DNA of 64,000 nucleotides, from contig NC_073387.1 of assembly GCF_028641065.1 (NCBI RefSeq), positions 17,112,001 through 17,176,000 of the forward strand, written 5' to 3'. The notes beneath the pieces were generated by a model. The model was not told the DNA's origin, did not search any database, and saw only the letters and a list, made by a program, of their open reading frames with translations. The position numbers and the translations under genes are program-made. The stretch's first letter is position 1, and each line of letters starts with the position of its first letter. This stretch comes from Leucoraja erinacea. Lineage: Eukaryota. Positions 22,411 through 35,203 of this stretch are shown here, piece by piece.

Positions 22411-25400
22411 GGCTACGGACCACGGAAGTGCGGGTAGCCAGCGGCGACTTCAGACTCCGGCTGCCCGCAGAGGGTTACAGCCAAACGGCGTCTGAGAGGC
22501 CTAGACTGGGACGAGTCAGGCCAGCAGGGTTCACCTCCGACATAGGTACACCCTCGGACGTTTTTACCCAGATGGAGCATGGATAGCGTCTGCAGAGCGT
22601 TCATCCCACTAAGGTGATGCTCCATCCTGGTATGGCCCATGGAGGAGCCATATCTGCGCAGGTCTCCTCGGGGGCCTGCGGCAGCACCTCTTTCAGGGCT
22701 GCTTACTAATCTCCCTCTCTGTGAAAGTGAGTGCAAGGGGTCAGTTGGTAACTGACTCCAAACTCGGAAATATGTCCGGTGAACAGACTGGAGTACATTC
22801 GTGAGGTTCCAGAAATTTTTGTCGTGGCATCAAGGGTTGCAATATCCTCACAAATGAAGGAGCTCCTGCTGGAAGAGTTGGCTTCCAGCCATTGACAGAA
22901 AACCCAGAGGGGCCAGAGTTCCCCTCGCGAAACAGCAGCTACCTCACATCACATCACATCATTAAATTGTTCCTGAAAATGCCAACAGTGAACAGCGCTA
23001 TCTGGGGTGATATTGGTGGTTTCATGAAAAACCCAGGAAATGAAACTCCAACAAATATTAAAGAATACTGGCCTGGTGTTGATATACAAAGCACACTTCA
23101 AAATGATGTCCAGCCGCCGAGTCTTCTCTTCACGGAAAACCTGTCCAAACAGGTAAGACTGGGATGAAGAAACAAAAGCTGTTGGATTAATCAAGGTACC
23201 AACGATGAGCAAAGCTTGATTGTGTCGGCGACAACACACTCCACGCCTCCATTGGCAGGAAGCAGTTCATTGAAGCTGGGCGCAGGTCTTTCAGGCCAAG
23301 GCCCAAACCGGTCATCAGGGAAAATATGGGATCCAATATGGGATCCACGCACCCCAGCAGTCCTACTCTCCAAATCAAGGATGGAAATAGAACCCGCATT
23401 AGGAGCCTTTGAGCTTACCATAAGACCACCGGTAACGATGGAGATAGGTGGGTCTGGTTCTTTCCGAAACATGGGGTATGTGGACCATTTACAAGTTGGT
23501 AATATTTACACTTGTTTTTTGTACAAATGACAATGAGATTCAGATCTGTTTAATAATAACATGAGATTAGTTTATACTGCACAGTATACAAGTGAGACAG
23601 GCGCAGAAATTGGCCAGAGTTCTCAGAAATATGGCCGAAGTTGCCTTTCAAGGCAGGCTTGTGGCAGACGTGGCCTGTTCATTGTCAACAGGTTCAACTC
23701 GCATGTGCAGAAAATACATTTCTGAATAGCAAACTTTGTGACTGTCGAACTTCCATGGGATCAGTTTTCATTCACAGGGATCACCAGAGATGTTGAAATT
23801 TAGCTGGATGGGGCAATGATAACAGTTTAAACCATTGCATATGGACTAACTTCAGCTCCCAGGTTATTTACCAAATTACTAAAGCCAGTGCTTCGGCTGT
23901 TCAGAGCTAAAAACAATTGTTATAGCCTATCTGGATGATATTCTAAACACTGTATTTTGCTAAATTAGCTGTAACAGCCACAAAACTATATTTGAGAACT
24001 TGGGTTTCTCATCCATCCAGTTAAATTTAAGTTGATACCAACTGAAATTATTGATGATTGGGATTTACCTTTAACTCTATTAATGTGTCTATGACTCTGC
24101 CCTGAGGCAAATTGGAATTAATTGAAGCTTGTAACAACCTTGTTCTTATCAAGCAGCCTTCTATTCATCAAGTGTAATTGGCAATATATTGACTTTCAGC
24201 TGTGCTATTTGGATTTTGCATTATCAGAATTTACAGCATGTAAAGAGTAAGCTCTCAAGTACCATGTTGGTCATTATTAACAGAACTATGCTATTACCAG
24301 CTGAAACTATTAAAGTCACCATGGTGGCTGAACAGTATTCAACATTGCTCCACTAACTTTTCGTCAGCAAATTTTCAGTTATAATTACAAACTGATGCTA
24401 TTGCTCAAAGATGGAAAATTACTAATACCGTCTCTAGTTACGGAGATGGATGGAATTTGCATTAGTTACCAATTCTTCAGTTATATGGTATCAACTACCT
24501 ATAGGCACCAGGTGCATTCTGTGGGTTAAAGGTTTTGTACAAATATGCATAATCTGCATGCTCAAGTCCAAGTTGATACACTTTGATGGTGGAAATGTTA
24601 ATCACATGGGTGCAATCAAGTCAAAGTATCTAGTGATAGTTTACCTATCCTCATTTGGTGCTGGTGTATCATCACATAAAATCAATGACAACACAGAATG
24701 GATGTTGGTTCACAAAGTATGTAATGACCTTGTGGCTCAATGGAACACTAAAGTTCGAGATGTTTGCATCCAGGCTCAATCACTAGTTGCAAAAAACATG
24801 TGGCATAGCAGTGGCAATGGATGCATTCTCACTACACTGGGAGGAATGTTCTTTTATGTCTTCCTCCATTTTGACTCAACAGATGGGTCTTGTAAAAAAT
24901 TCAGCAAGTTCCCGCTTCAGGCATTTCCGTAGTGCCTGATTGGCCTTTACAGCCATGGTTCCCGCTGATGTTGGGAATGATAATAGAACCTTATATGGTT
25001 ATTTCTAGACACAAAGAATTGCTGGTTTAGCCGTGACTCGAGAAACCATCCTCTGCTTGATAAAATCAATTAATGTAATTGCAGACTTTGAGAAGACCGT
25101 TCCTGCAGCTCGGGTTGTCAAACCAAACCATGGATGTGCTCACTGCAGATTGCAAGGATAGCACCAAATAAGCAGTACATTTCCTCATAAGGAGATGGGA
25201 AATATGTTGTTTAAATACTAATATTACACAGGGCAACAACATCAGCAGCAGGGTTATGGACGTTTTGTGGGACCACATCCTAGCGGCTGCAGGATGGTCA
25301 AACGAACGATCTTCCAAACATTTTAGAACTAACCCATTGCCGGACCGGGGGTATTTGCCAACTCTATTTTAGGTTCTGTTTTATAGTTTCCTCCCGTTTG

Positions 25401-25562
25401 AGGGGGGTTACTATTATCATTTTTGTTCATTAAAAAGCATCAACATGTCTATATCTATGTCATGTCTGAATGCATTATTAATGTTCAGTCATCCTTGGTC
25501 AACTGATGCAGTGTGTGATGCATGGACTTGTTTCGACGTCATGAAATCACAGAGCTTTGAAT

Positions 25563-25668
25563 TCTTCATGTAGTCACTCACTTGACTCCGAAGTAAAATG
25601 GTAAGATTAAACGAGAACTTACTAGTTTGATCTTTATTTTATGAAAAGTTACGTTGAGGGATTACGTG
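25563..25668 (+). repeat. DIRS internal complementary region (ICR)
   Basis: 25563-25599 is complementary to the left end 21947-21983; 25602-25668 is complementary to the right end 25797-25870. Confidence 0.9.
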
Positions 25669-26317
25669 CTCTCCACTCCCAACCCTCTATCATAAAGGTC
25701 AGCTGGTATTCTAGTTTCTCTAATCTTACTATATTCAGTTCAACAACTGTTATCTGTGATTTCACACCGCTGCTTTGAAGATTGATGCGGGCTCTTCACG
25801 TAATACCTCAACATAACTACTCATAAAATAAAGATCAAACTTCAAACTGGTAAGTTCTCATTTAATCTTAGTATTCTACTTGGCTTAACTGCACAATTGT
25901 TTCCCAAGGGACAACCAATACATCCCAAAAAATCTACCTGGTAAAACGGTGCTATTTCCTCCAATGCCTCTAATTGCTGGCGACTTTTCCCTCCCTTCTC
26001 ATCAAGGTTTAATCTTCTTTATTGGATTCTAATGGAGCTTTTAAATTCACCAGATGAAGCATTTATTACAAAGACCTTGCAATAACATACGTATGGGTTG
26101 TAATGAGTTTCCGCTCAAATTTTCCAGGTGATGTACTTTTTTCACCGAATAAATGAAATGAGAAAAATCTTTCCATGCTGAAATGCAGATTCTCCTTCCA
26201 TCTCACGTGACTGACCTAATGAATATTATTTATGAGCGATTATACGGAAATTGTTCACATGAGGAAACCTAATGAAACAGAAAGAAAAATGACTGGTCTA
26301 TGGTCTGGTGGAGTACG

Positions 26318-26605
26318 GCTGCACGGTGACATAGCAGTAGAGTTGCTGCCTTACAGTGTCATAGACCTGGGTTCGATCCTTACCATGGGTGCTTGTCTGT
26401 CAGGAGTTTGTACGTTCACACCGTGACCTGCATGGGTTCTCTAAGATCTTCGGTTTCCTCCCACACTCCAAAGATGTACAGGTTTGTAGGTTAGTTGGCT
26501 TGGTATTAATGTAAATTGCCCCTAGTGTGTGTGGTGCAAATGTGGGGAGATCGCTGGGCGATGCGGACTCAGTGGCCCAATGGACCTGTTTTCATGCTGT
26601 ATCTA
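26318..26605 (+). mobile_element. HE1-type SINE, full length
   Basis: Head with GGTTCGATCC, V-domain, tail CCTGTTTTCATGCTGTATCT. Confidence 0.85.
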
Positions 26606-26769
26606 AGCAAAATAGAGACCAATTATCTGCTGGAAAGCTTTCTGTGTAGGATTTTCTCTTTATAATATTGTGCAAAGATTTGAACCCTCTTGACTATTCC
26701 ATCAGTCAATAGAACTGGGAATAACCTGTATTCGAACTCCAAATTCAAGTTTGTTTCTGATATCCTTAG

Positions 26770-27073
26770 TGTTAATCCTGGCCAGATTGGAAAGGTTAGG
26801 ACTTTAAAATGCCACGAGGTCCCGGGTCGATCTTCTGAGAGAGCGCTTGGGACTGTGTGACCTTCTGGAGTGTCTCTGTTTGAGCGAGCCCTAAATGGCT
26901 TGAAGAGGCAGATACGAGGATCGAACCCGCGGTGGTTAGGTACAGTGGTGGGAACTGTAATTGTGTTTTGTTAAAATAAAGATTAGTTGATCAAGTAAGT
27001 ATTTCAGTGGTTTTGATTCAGTGGTTTTTGACTGAAACTAGACTGGGGGGAAGCTTAGAACGAGTAATTTACA
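26770..27073 (+). mobile_element. Solo LTR (304 bp)
   Basis: TGTTAAT...AATTTACA termini, 4-bp TSD TTAG (26766-26769 and 27074-27077), internal AATAAA near 26976. Confidence 0.75.
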
Positions 27074-27199
27074 TTAGCACTTTGTTGAAAGATTTACAAT
27101 TAATTAATGACCTTGCACAAATTTCCATTAGTGGACTAAAGTTTCAAATTTATTTTGAATGGTTTCAAATACCTTTTCGTGTATTGTGTTCAGTTTGAG

Positions 27200-27720
27200 T
27201 CACACTGCTCTAGGAAAGATGTTAAGATGGAAAGAGTGCAGAGGAGATTTACGAGAATGCTGCAAGGATTTGTGGCCCTGGGATAGAGGAAGAGTTTGGG
27301 CAGTCTAGGACTTTATTCCTTGGACCGCAGGAGGATAAGGGGTGATCTTTCTATGATGTGAAAGATCATGAGGGGAATAGATAAGAGAGATGCACAGTCT
27401 TTTACCCTTAGTAGGTGAATCAAGAACCAGAGGCGATAGGTTTAAGGTGAGAGGGGAAACATTTCATAAGAATTTGAATGACAACTTTTTTACACAGAGG
27501 TTGGTTGGCATATGGAATGTGCTGTCAGATGATAGGATATAAGCCAGTACTATAACAACATTTAAAATACATTTGGACAGGTGCATGGATAAAAAGGTTA
27601 AGAGGGATATAGGCCAAATGGGGGTCGGTGGAACTAATGTAGATGGGGCAGCTTGGTCGGCATGGGCAAGTTGGGCCAAAGGGCCTGTTTATGTGATGTA
27701 TGACTCTACGACTATGACTC
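27200..27720 (+). mobile_element. CR1 LINE 3' fragment (HER1-like)
   Basis: ERVQRRFTRML..GLYSL..RR.RGDL; tail GGGCCAAAGGGCCTGTTT..TGACTCTA.GACTATGACT. Confidence 0.85.
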
Positions 27721-28359
27721 CAAAATTATATATGGAATGTATCAATGCAATCATATTTATGATTACTAGTTTTGAAAGCCGTTACATTCAATTGGTTTTT
27801 ATCTGATTCTAAACCATTAAAGCCCTCCCTAATTTTAAAGATAAACTATATTACTACTTTATCCCAATGGGCCTGTAGGATGCAGGGTGGCTTGGGCCTG
27901 CTAGTAGGATGCCTATTGTGGGGATTGGATGTGTGTGTGACTTGGTTTGGTCTCCAGATCTGCTTTGGCAAAAAGATATGGGAGTCAGGAAAATTATCTT
28001 CCTATGCTGAAACATGAGGGTCTAATTTTATTTTCTTCACATGCTGTTATACAATTTACTTGCTGTTATAGAATTCTCACAGCATTAAGTTTTATTCAAA
28101 CAATTTTAATTGTGGTGCAGTTGGATTGCCCAAGTACATGAGTGCATTTAACTTTAACAAATGGTAGGTTGCAAGTCTCTTTTTGCACATGGCGAGTGGT
28201 GTTGGTACAGTGGTCTAGCTACAGGCCAAGTCTACTCATCTGTGGAATTGAGTTCAAATCCCACCTGTGGAAATTTAAAATACTTTGATAGTCTTAATAA
28301 CAATGACACCCAGACTGTCATTTAAACTCCCAAACGATTCACTAATATCTTTAAACCTT

Positions 28360-28620
28360 AGACCTTAGAAATATAGTGTGGAAACAGGCCCATCGACCCA
28401 CCAAGACCACGCCGACCACTATCCTACACACTGGGGATAATGCATTTACAGAAGCCAATTAACCTACAAACCTGTACGCCTTTAGAGTGTGGCAGGAAAC
28501 CAGAGCACCCGGAGAAAACCCATGCGGTCACGGGGAGAACGTACAAACTCTGGACAGACAGCACCCGTGGTCAGAATCAAACCCGGTCTCTGGCATGATA
28601 AAGCAGCAATTCGACCACTA
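28360..28620 (-). mobile_element. HE1-type SINE
   Basis: V-domain and B box on the minus strand. Confidence 0.8.
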
Positions 28621-28744
28621 CGTCGTACCAACCTTCAGGGAATGAAACCCACCATTGGTACTTGGCCTATATGTGTCATCAGGCCGAGAAGAATGAAGTT
28701 TGTTCTTAAATGCCTCATAATCCATTCTGTCAAGGACAATAGAG

Positions 28745-29080
28745 GACAGTGGTGCAGTAGTAGAACCGCTGCCTCACAGCACCAGAGACCCGGGTTCAAT
28801 CCTAAACATGAGTGCTGTCTGTGTATAGTTTGTACATACTCCCTGTGACATTGTGTGTTTTTTTTCTGGGTTTCCACCCAGTTTCCTCCCACACTCCAAA
28901 GTCATGCAGCTTAGTAAGTTAATTGGATTTTTTTCATTGTCCCTAGTGTGTAGGATAGAATTAGTGCGTGGATGATCAATGGCGGATGCTGACTCGGTGG
29001 CCCGAAGTTCACTACTAAACTAAACTAAACTAAACTAAACTAAACTAAACTAAACTAAACTAAACTAAACTAAACTAAAC
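28745..29080 (+). mobile_element. HE1-type SINE with expanded (ACTAA)n tail
   Basis: Head and V-domain; about 13 perfect AAACT units at 29014-29080. Confidence 0.85.
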
Positions 29081-30489
29081 ATAGAATAGGAAAGTACAGA
29101 GCATGCCCGTCTGATCATAATGTCTGTGCCAACTCTTATCTGCCTCCACAAAATGATTTATGATTGTTACAGTACGTGAAATTGCAGTTTCTAGACCTCT
29201 ATGTTTCTAAGTTTCATCAAAGTTCAAAGTGAATTAAACTTCACTTTGAAGTTTCAAGTTTATTTACCTAATAATTTTATTAAACTTTAAATTTAACTTT
29301 ATTAAAAGTTTAAGATTTATTTTTTTGTGAGAACTATAATTTATTTTGCAAATGTTATAGTTTTCCCTAAGTTTCTTTCAAATCTAAACATAAACTACCT
29401 ATTTTGCAAATGGATTGGGTAAATCAATCAACACTATTCACATACATTGGTACAAACAAAAATTTAATTATAGCAAATAATTAACTTTTTATCGATAGCA
29501 TGAAATAATTTTCCCTTGTGGAGGTGTCCAGAATAAGCATAATATTAATTTTAGGCTGTTCAAAAATGGTCAAGAATCACAACTTCATGTAAATTTGTTT
29601 GGAAATCAAAATGTACTTCCCTCCCAAGAACCATTGAGAATAACAATCAATTGAACCATTCAAAACTGATATTCATCGTTTTTTCCTTACGCATGTACAT
29701 TAAGCAATGTGGAACCAAGGTAGATTAAAGCTACTACAATCAAGCTGAAGAAGGTTCCTAACCCAAAATATTGCCTATCCTTGTCCTCCAGAAATGCTAA
29801 CTGACCTGCTGAATTACTCCAGTACTTTTGTATTTTTCTAATTTCCAGCACTTGGAATTAACTGTTTTTCTAGATTTAAGATTCTGACCTTAGTCTGGTT
29901 TTCAGTTTTAGTGGTACAGCGTGGAAACAGGCTCTTTGTCCGACATGGAGGAGGTCTGTTTTCTGCTGATGTTGTTTCCAAGTTCCAGATACTGTATACT
30001 CCAGCTGCTGTTGGGATTTCTCCTCCTCACCTTCAATTTCAACAACGAGCAACAAGGAAAACTGTCACACTGCGGAAAGATCAACATCTTTACAGTGCCG
30101 CACCGTACCACTTGGGCAGGGATGGTGGGTGGGGGAGAGGCAAGAAAAACAGAGCAAAGATTGATATTATTTGATAATTATTTGTCATGGGAATTTAAAA
30201 ACAAATTACAAAGGCAACTAGCTTGTGTATTGGGCATGCTGCAACATGTATTTGAAAATGAAATGAAAAGAAGATCATAGTTGAATAATTAGTCAAATAA
30301 ATTAAGAAATCATCATCACGTTGCCCCCTTTATATAGTTGACCTGTTCCTGGTGTACCTTTATGTTGAGAGACAATTGACAAAGAGATTTTCAATTAATA
30401 ACTATTGAGTATCTGGGACCTTCAATAAATAAATTCTGCAAGATACAGTTTCACAAACCATGTGATATGATATTTCCATTTGCTTTTGT

Positions 30490-30960
30490 AATGCTAATGG
30501 TTCAATGGTTTAATGGTTCTTTATTATCAGATATGCACTGCACAGCAACATTATTTTTGCATAGCTCACACATGCATGAGTCCCCATATTTTAGCACCAT
30601 TTACAAAACGTCCTAGGTCCGGCCCACACGCTCGATGTCCTGACCCAGGTGAAACCACAGGCTGTTGCAGGGCCTCCTCCATCGCCCTTGACTGGCTCCG
30701 CCCATGAATCAACATCCCTCTCCTCACACGGCCACCTTTGTGGCCCAAGAGCGCCTCCTGCCGCCAACCTTGCAGGAGCTGGAAGCAATACCCTGGTCCC
30801 TCTACAACCGGCCCACTCCTCGCATCCGTCGTCACCAGAAGCTCCCTCCTTCTTGACTCTCCGGTCTTCGGGGCCGAGCTCGGTAGCTTCCAAGGTGCTC
30901 CCCCCCTGCAGGCAGCGGCCCACCTGCAGCAACGAGCCAGGCCTGCCGTCGTAAATGGCC
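30490..30960 (-). mobile_element. GC-rich non-autonomous retroposon with Rex1-like tail
   Basis: (AATGGTT)n-like terminal repeat and CTTTATTATCA (AATAAAG on -) followed by a GC-rich body; architecture like 44930-45207. Confidence 0.4.
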
Positions 30961-31278
30961 GTGTCTTCCTTGCCTAAGTATGATGACTTAGAAGGAAGCC
31001 ATTTAGTCCAATGGTTCTATTTCCCTTTCCTTAATGTATTGCGTCATCTGCTCTCCAACATGCCCGTTGAGTCATTTATTACTTATCGAGCCAAAGGGAA
31101 ATGTGCAATTAACCGATCATCACGGCTTTGAGATGTGGGCAGAATCTGGAGGACTGTGCACAGGCAGCACCTAAGGTTATTGGAGCTGGATGCAGCAGTA
31201 TTAACCGCTCCTCCACCATGGTGCTCCATAGCAGATATATAACTCTATGCCCCCATAGGAGAATAGATTAACTTGGTA

Positions 31279-31683
31279 TAGTTCTAACAATGATTTCCCC
31301 GCACCTTTGGTTCCAAAGCCTTTCCAGATAATCCATTATGCCGGACCAACGGAAGTAATAGCCTCCGAGAAGAGTTGAATGGTACCAGAATGGTCAGCCA
31401 AGGTAATGCTTGGTCCTAGATACCGATCCGCAAAGTGGGCCTCAGATGTTGGTAATGGGAACAGATATGCCAGCTTTAGCCGAGCGTAGTTCAGAGCCCC
31501 GGCCGCATGCGGCAAATTCAACTCGCCGATTGGGCACAGAAGTCCCGATGTGGTCGAGATCGGTTGCCTCACCCAGCCTAGGTGCCACATATTCGGGGGA
31601 ACTTCTGGGGGACAGGGCCGGATTTCCTTTGGATGAAAGGAGGTGCTGGACCACCAGTTGCCCGAACATCGGTGGTGGACCTG
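31279..31683. mobile_element. Tc1/mariner-type MITE, copy 1
   Basis: Right TIR ATCGGTGGTGGACCTG followed by TA; degraded left TIR after TA; collinear with 42533-42944. Confidence 0.75.
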
Positions 31684-32952
31684 TATCGTGTTCGGCATAG
31701 ATATTGTGGGCTGATGGGCCTATTCCTGTGCTGTATTAGCCTATGTCTACATCAGTGGAAGAAGATGCACATCAATAAAGAAACCCACAGTGCTAGAGTA
31801 ACTCGGAAGGGCTCTGGAGAACATGGATAGGTGATGTTTCAGGTTGGGACAAATCTTCAGACTGATTTTCATCTATAATGTGTCTAGTCTGATGCAGGCC
31901 TTGTTCTTAGGGTTAGCTTGGCATGCACTGCTAGAGAATCTCTGGAGCACCTGGTTGTTCTGGGGTGAAGTTGCTTCTGAGAAGTTCTGTGGGCCTTGTC
32001 AACTAGTTTCTGGTTTACACCGAACACAGACACAAAAAAGCTGTAGTAACTCAGCAAGTCAGGCAGCATCCCTGGAGAAAAGGAATAGGTGACTTTAAGG
32101 TCAAGACCCCTCTTCAGCCCTCACCCTGGACCTCAAACTCTACCAGTTGCCCAAATTCTACAAACTTTCCAACTTCTACAAAGATGGGAATAACTGAATT
32201 AAAGACTTGGTCTATCTAATTAGCAATAAAAAGAAAAGATCCACATTATGCATTGCAGAACACTTTCAAACAAGCCTACAACATGCCCCCGATAAATGAA
32301 CAGATTACATCAATGACGGCAAATTACAAGCGATTTGTGAGGAAAATGTTAGCGCTTATTCACACCCGTGACACTTGTGATTTGGGGATATTTGACACTT
32401 TCAAATACACAGCATTTGCCTAACAACAATAGTAACACATCGCTTTTGGTGCTATATCCAGTGTGATTAAGAAATAAATTCAGCACGATTTTATGGTGTG
32501 GTGGTTGGCTGGTCCTATCCTTCTTAACTCTTTGGATGCTGAAAGAGAATAACTGTGCCTTTTAACAGTGACTGGAGATACTTTTTGTTTTAGTTATTCT
32601 ACGTCACACTCAAAAGTTTACTTTAGTTTAGAGATACAGCACGGAAATAGGTCCGTCTGCCCACCGAGTCCACACCAACCTTTTGATATTGAGTTATTTT
32701 ATTTGATAGCAAGCAAAGAAGCACCGGGGAAGTTTCATGTGGAATCCTTTTCATCCACCCACAGCGATCACTGCAAAACTAAGAACACAAAGGTTCTGAA
32801 GAGTTAGACAGGTAAATCTAATGGGTGGCACAATGGCACAGTGGTAAAGCTGCTGCCTTACAGCACCAGAGTCCCAGGTTTGATCCTGACAACTGGTGCT
32901 GTCTGCACAGTTTGTACATTTTCCTTGTGACTGCGTGAATTTTCTATGGGTG

Positions 32953-33470
32953 TCATAGAGTTATACAGCATCAAAAATGGGCCTTTCGGCCCAACTTGCT
33001 CACACCGACCAACAAGTCTCACCTACACCAGTCCCACCTGCCTGTGTTTGGCCCAAGTCCCTTTAAACCTGTCCTATCCATGAGAGGATGAGGGATGACC
33101 TTTATAGAGGTGTTTAAGATCATGAATGGAATAGATGGAATAAATGCACAGAATTTTACCCAGAGCACTGGAATTGAAAACTGGAGGAAATAGGTTTAAG
33201 GTGAGGGGGGGGGGGGGGGGGGGGGGGGGAGAATGTATAGGGACCTGAGAGGCAACTTTTTTTATATCAAAGGTGATAGATATATGGAACAAGCTGCCGG
33301 AGAAGGCAGGAACAATTGCAATGTTTAAAAAACATTTAGACAGGAACATGGATAGGACATGTATAGAGTGATATGTGCCAAACACAGGCAAATGGGACTC
33401 AGATGGGACATATTGGTCAGTGTGGGCAAGTTGGACCGAAGGGCCTGTTTCCACGCCGTATGACTATGAT
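32953..33470. mobile_element. Two CR1 (HER1-like) 3' fragments in opposite orientation
   Basis: Minus-strand tail at 32953-33080 fused to a plus-strand RRMRGDL...tail at about 33082-33470. Confidence 0.75.
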
Positions 33471-33819
33471 TTTATGATCTGGTCACTCAACCTTTTGTGG
33501 TGAATTTGTCTCAGCCACAACTCCTTTGTGTTACATATTGCCTTCAAATTCCAATCTTTCAAAGCATGTATCTGCATCCTCATTAAATACCTCCTGCGAT
33601 CTAACCTCCACAAGCATTCGAGATCGAGAATTCATTGATATTTTACTCGCATTTTCAATGAAAAATTTGGCTTGAGAAAATATGATTGGAGATTTAGTTA
33701 GACTTACTTATAAAATTTCTAATATTAAAGTGCTCACAAATTAAGAAAATAACCAGAAGCAAAAAGTTAAATAGGCACGGCCTTCAAACTTTTATCAAAG
33801 TTAAATAACCAATTAAAAA

Positions 33820-35203
33820 GTTTTTGGTCTCCTAATTTGAGGAAGGATATCCTTGTGATTGAGGCAGTGCAGCGTAGGTTCACGAGATTGATCCCTGGGA
33901 TGGCGGGGCTGTCATATGAGGAAAGATTGAAAAGACTAGGAGTATTCACTGGGGTTTAGAAGGATGAGGGGGGATCTTATAGAAACATATAAAATTATAA
34001 AAGGACTGGACAAGCTAGATGCAGGAAAAATGTTCCCAATGTTAGGCGAGTCCAGAACCAGGGGCCACAGCCTTAAGCCCCTATCCCACTTAGGAAACTG
34101 AACGGAAACCTCTGGTAATCTTGCACCCCACCCAAGGTTTCCGTGAGGTTCCCAGAGGTTCCTGTAGGTTTTGGTCACTCTCCCTAATGGTCAAAAGTGG
34201 TTTCCGCGTAGTCGAGGCTTCTTCTATGTTCCTGCAATTATTTAAACAAATTCAAAACCGGCCTCGACTAAAAATAGGTTGCCGTTTGATCGAAGCCAGT
34301 GGAGTGGGTTTGCTATTTACTTACTTGACTTGACTTGACTTTACTTTACTTACAGGCAGTCAAAGGCAATCTCCTTCGCTGATCAGCCATTTTGATTCGC
34401 TCATTGGAGTTTAGATTTTGGTTTTCAGGACATAGAAGATCCGCTGGAAGGTAAAATGTCCGCTAACTTTATTAAACTTCTTAAAACTGTCTCCACACCT
34501 TCGCCCCCCCTTCTCTCCCCTTCTTGCCCCTTCTCTCCCCTTCTCCCCCTTCTCCCTCCTCTTCTCTCCACCTCCTCCCTTCTCTCTCCCCTTCTCTTCC
34601 CATTCTCTCACCCTTTCTCTGTCCTTCTCTCCGCTTCTTTCCCCTTCTCTCCCTCCCTCCCGCACTTTCTAAAGGACTTACCGTGCTCTGTGGCAGCTGT
34701 TTACCTTCCTCTTCATCGCGCAGACAGCGCTCCTCTGCTGTCCATGGCCCCCACCTTCGCGATGTGTTTGTGTGTGCGGCCGGTAGCATAGAACCTGTAG
34801 GATCTTTGGTCAGTAGATGCAGCTCACGCTTCGGTGGAGGCTTTCCAAGTGAGTGACCGAAACCTCTGGCGACTCATGAAAACCTTGGTTTCCATTCAGG
34901 TTTCCTCAGTGGGACAGGGGCATTTAGAATAAAGGGGAGGCCATTTAAGACTACGATGAGAAAAAAACTTTTTCACTCAGAGAGTTGTGCATTTGTGGAA
35001 TTCCCTGCCACAGAGGGCAGTGGAGGCCAAATCACTGGATGGATTTAAGAGAGAGTTAGATAGAGTTCTAGGGGCTATTGGAATCAAGGGATATGGGGAG
35101 AAGGCAGGCACAAATTATTGATTGGGAACGATCAGCCATGATCACAATGAATGGCGGTGCTAGCTCAAAGGGCCGAATGACCTCCTATTTTCTATGTTTC
35201 TAT
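33820..35203 (+). mobile_element. CR1 3' fragment split by a Harbinger-type MITE
   Basis: FWSPNLRKDILVIEAVQRRFTRLIPG...SRTRGHS, resuming at 34924 with LRIKG...; (GTTTCTAT)n tail. Confidence 0.9.
34076..34922. mobile_element. PIF/Harbinger-type MITE A
   Basis: TIRs AGCCCCTATCCCACTTAGGAAAC / GTTTCCTCAGTGGGACAGGGGCA; inserted at TTA in a CR1 (duplication imperfect by one base); central CT-rich tract. Confidence 0.8.

Larger units (their letters stand above)
21947..25875 (+). mobile_element. DIRS1-type tyrosine-recombinase retrotransposon, decayed and internally deleted
   Basis: RT GLTSAPRLFTKLLKP (23843) and YLDD (23928); methyltransferase-like MFASRLN (24760) and VVPDWPLQPWF (24929); YR C-terminus DHILAAAGWS (25271); ITRs and ICR at the ends; ATT at both termini. 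Confidence 0.9.

Noticed and set aside
26318-26390. tRNA-like A/B boxes here and in other copies
   Set aside because: These are SINE heads followed by a V-domain and tail, not tRNA genes.
28205-28352. Possible older chondrichthyan tRNA-SINE remnant (also about 2540-2630 and 7770-7910)
   Set aside because: The resemblance is from memory and too weak to list as a supported feature.
29225-29252. Perfect 11-bp inverted repeat TTCAAAGTGAA / TTCACTTTGAA
   Set aside because: Short, in very AT-rich sequence, with no TSD or second copy; probably a chance or local inversion-duplication product.
29900-30245. Possible RTE and Penelope remnants
   Set aside because: Too degraded to assign or delimit by eye.
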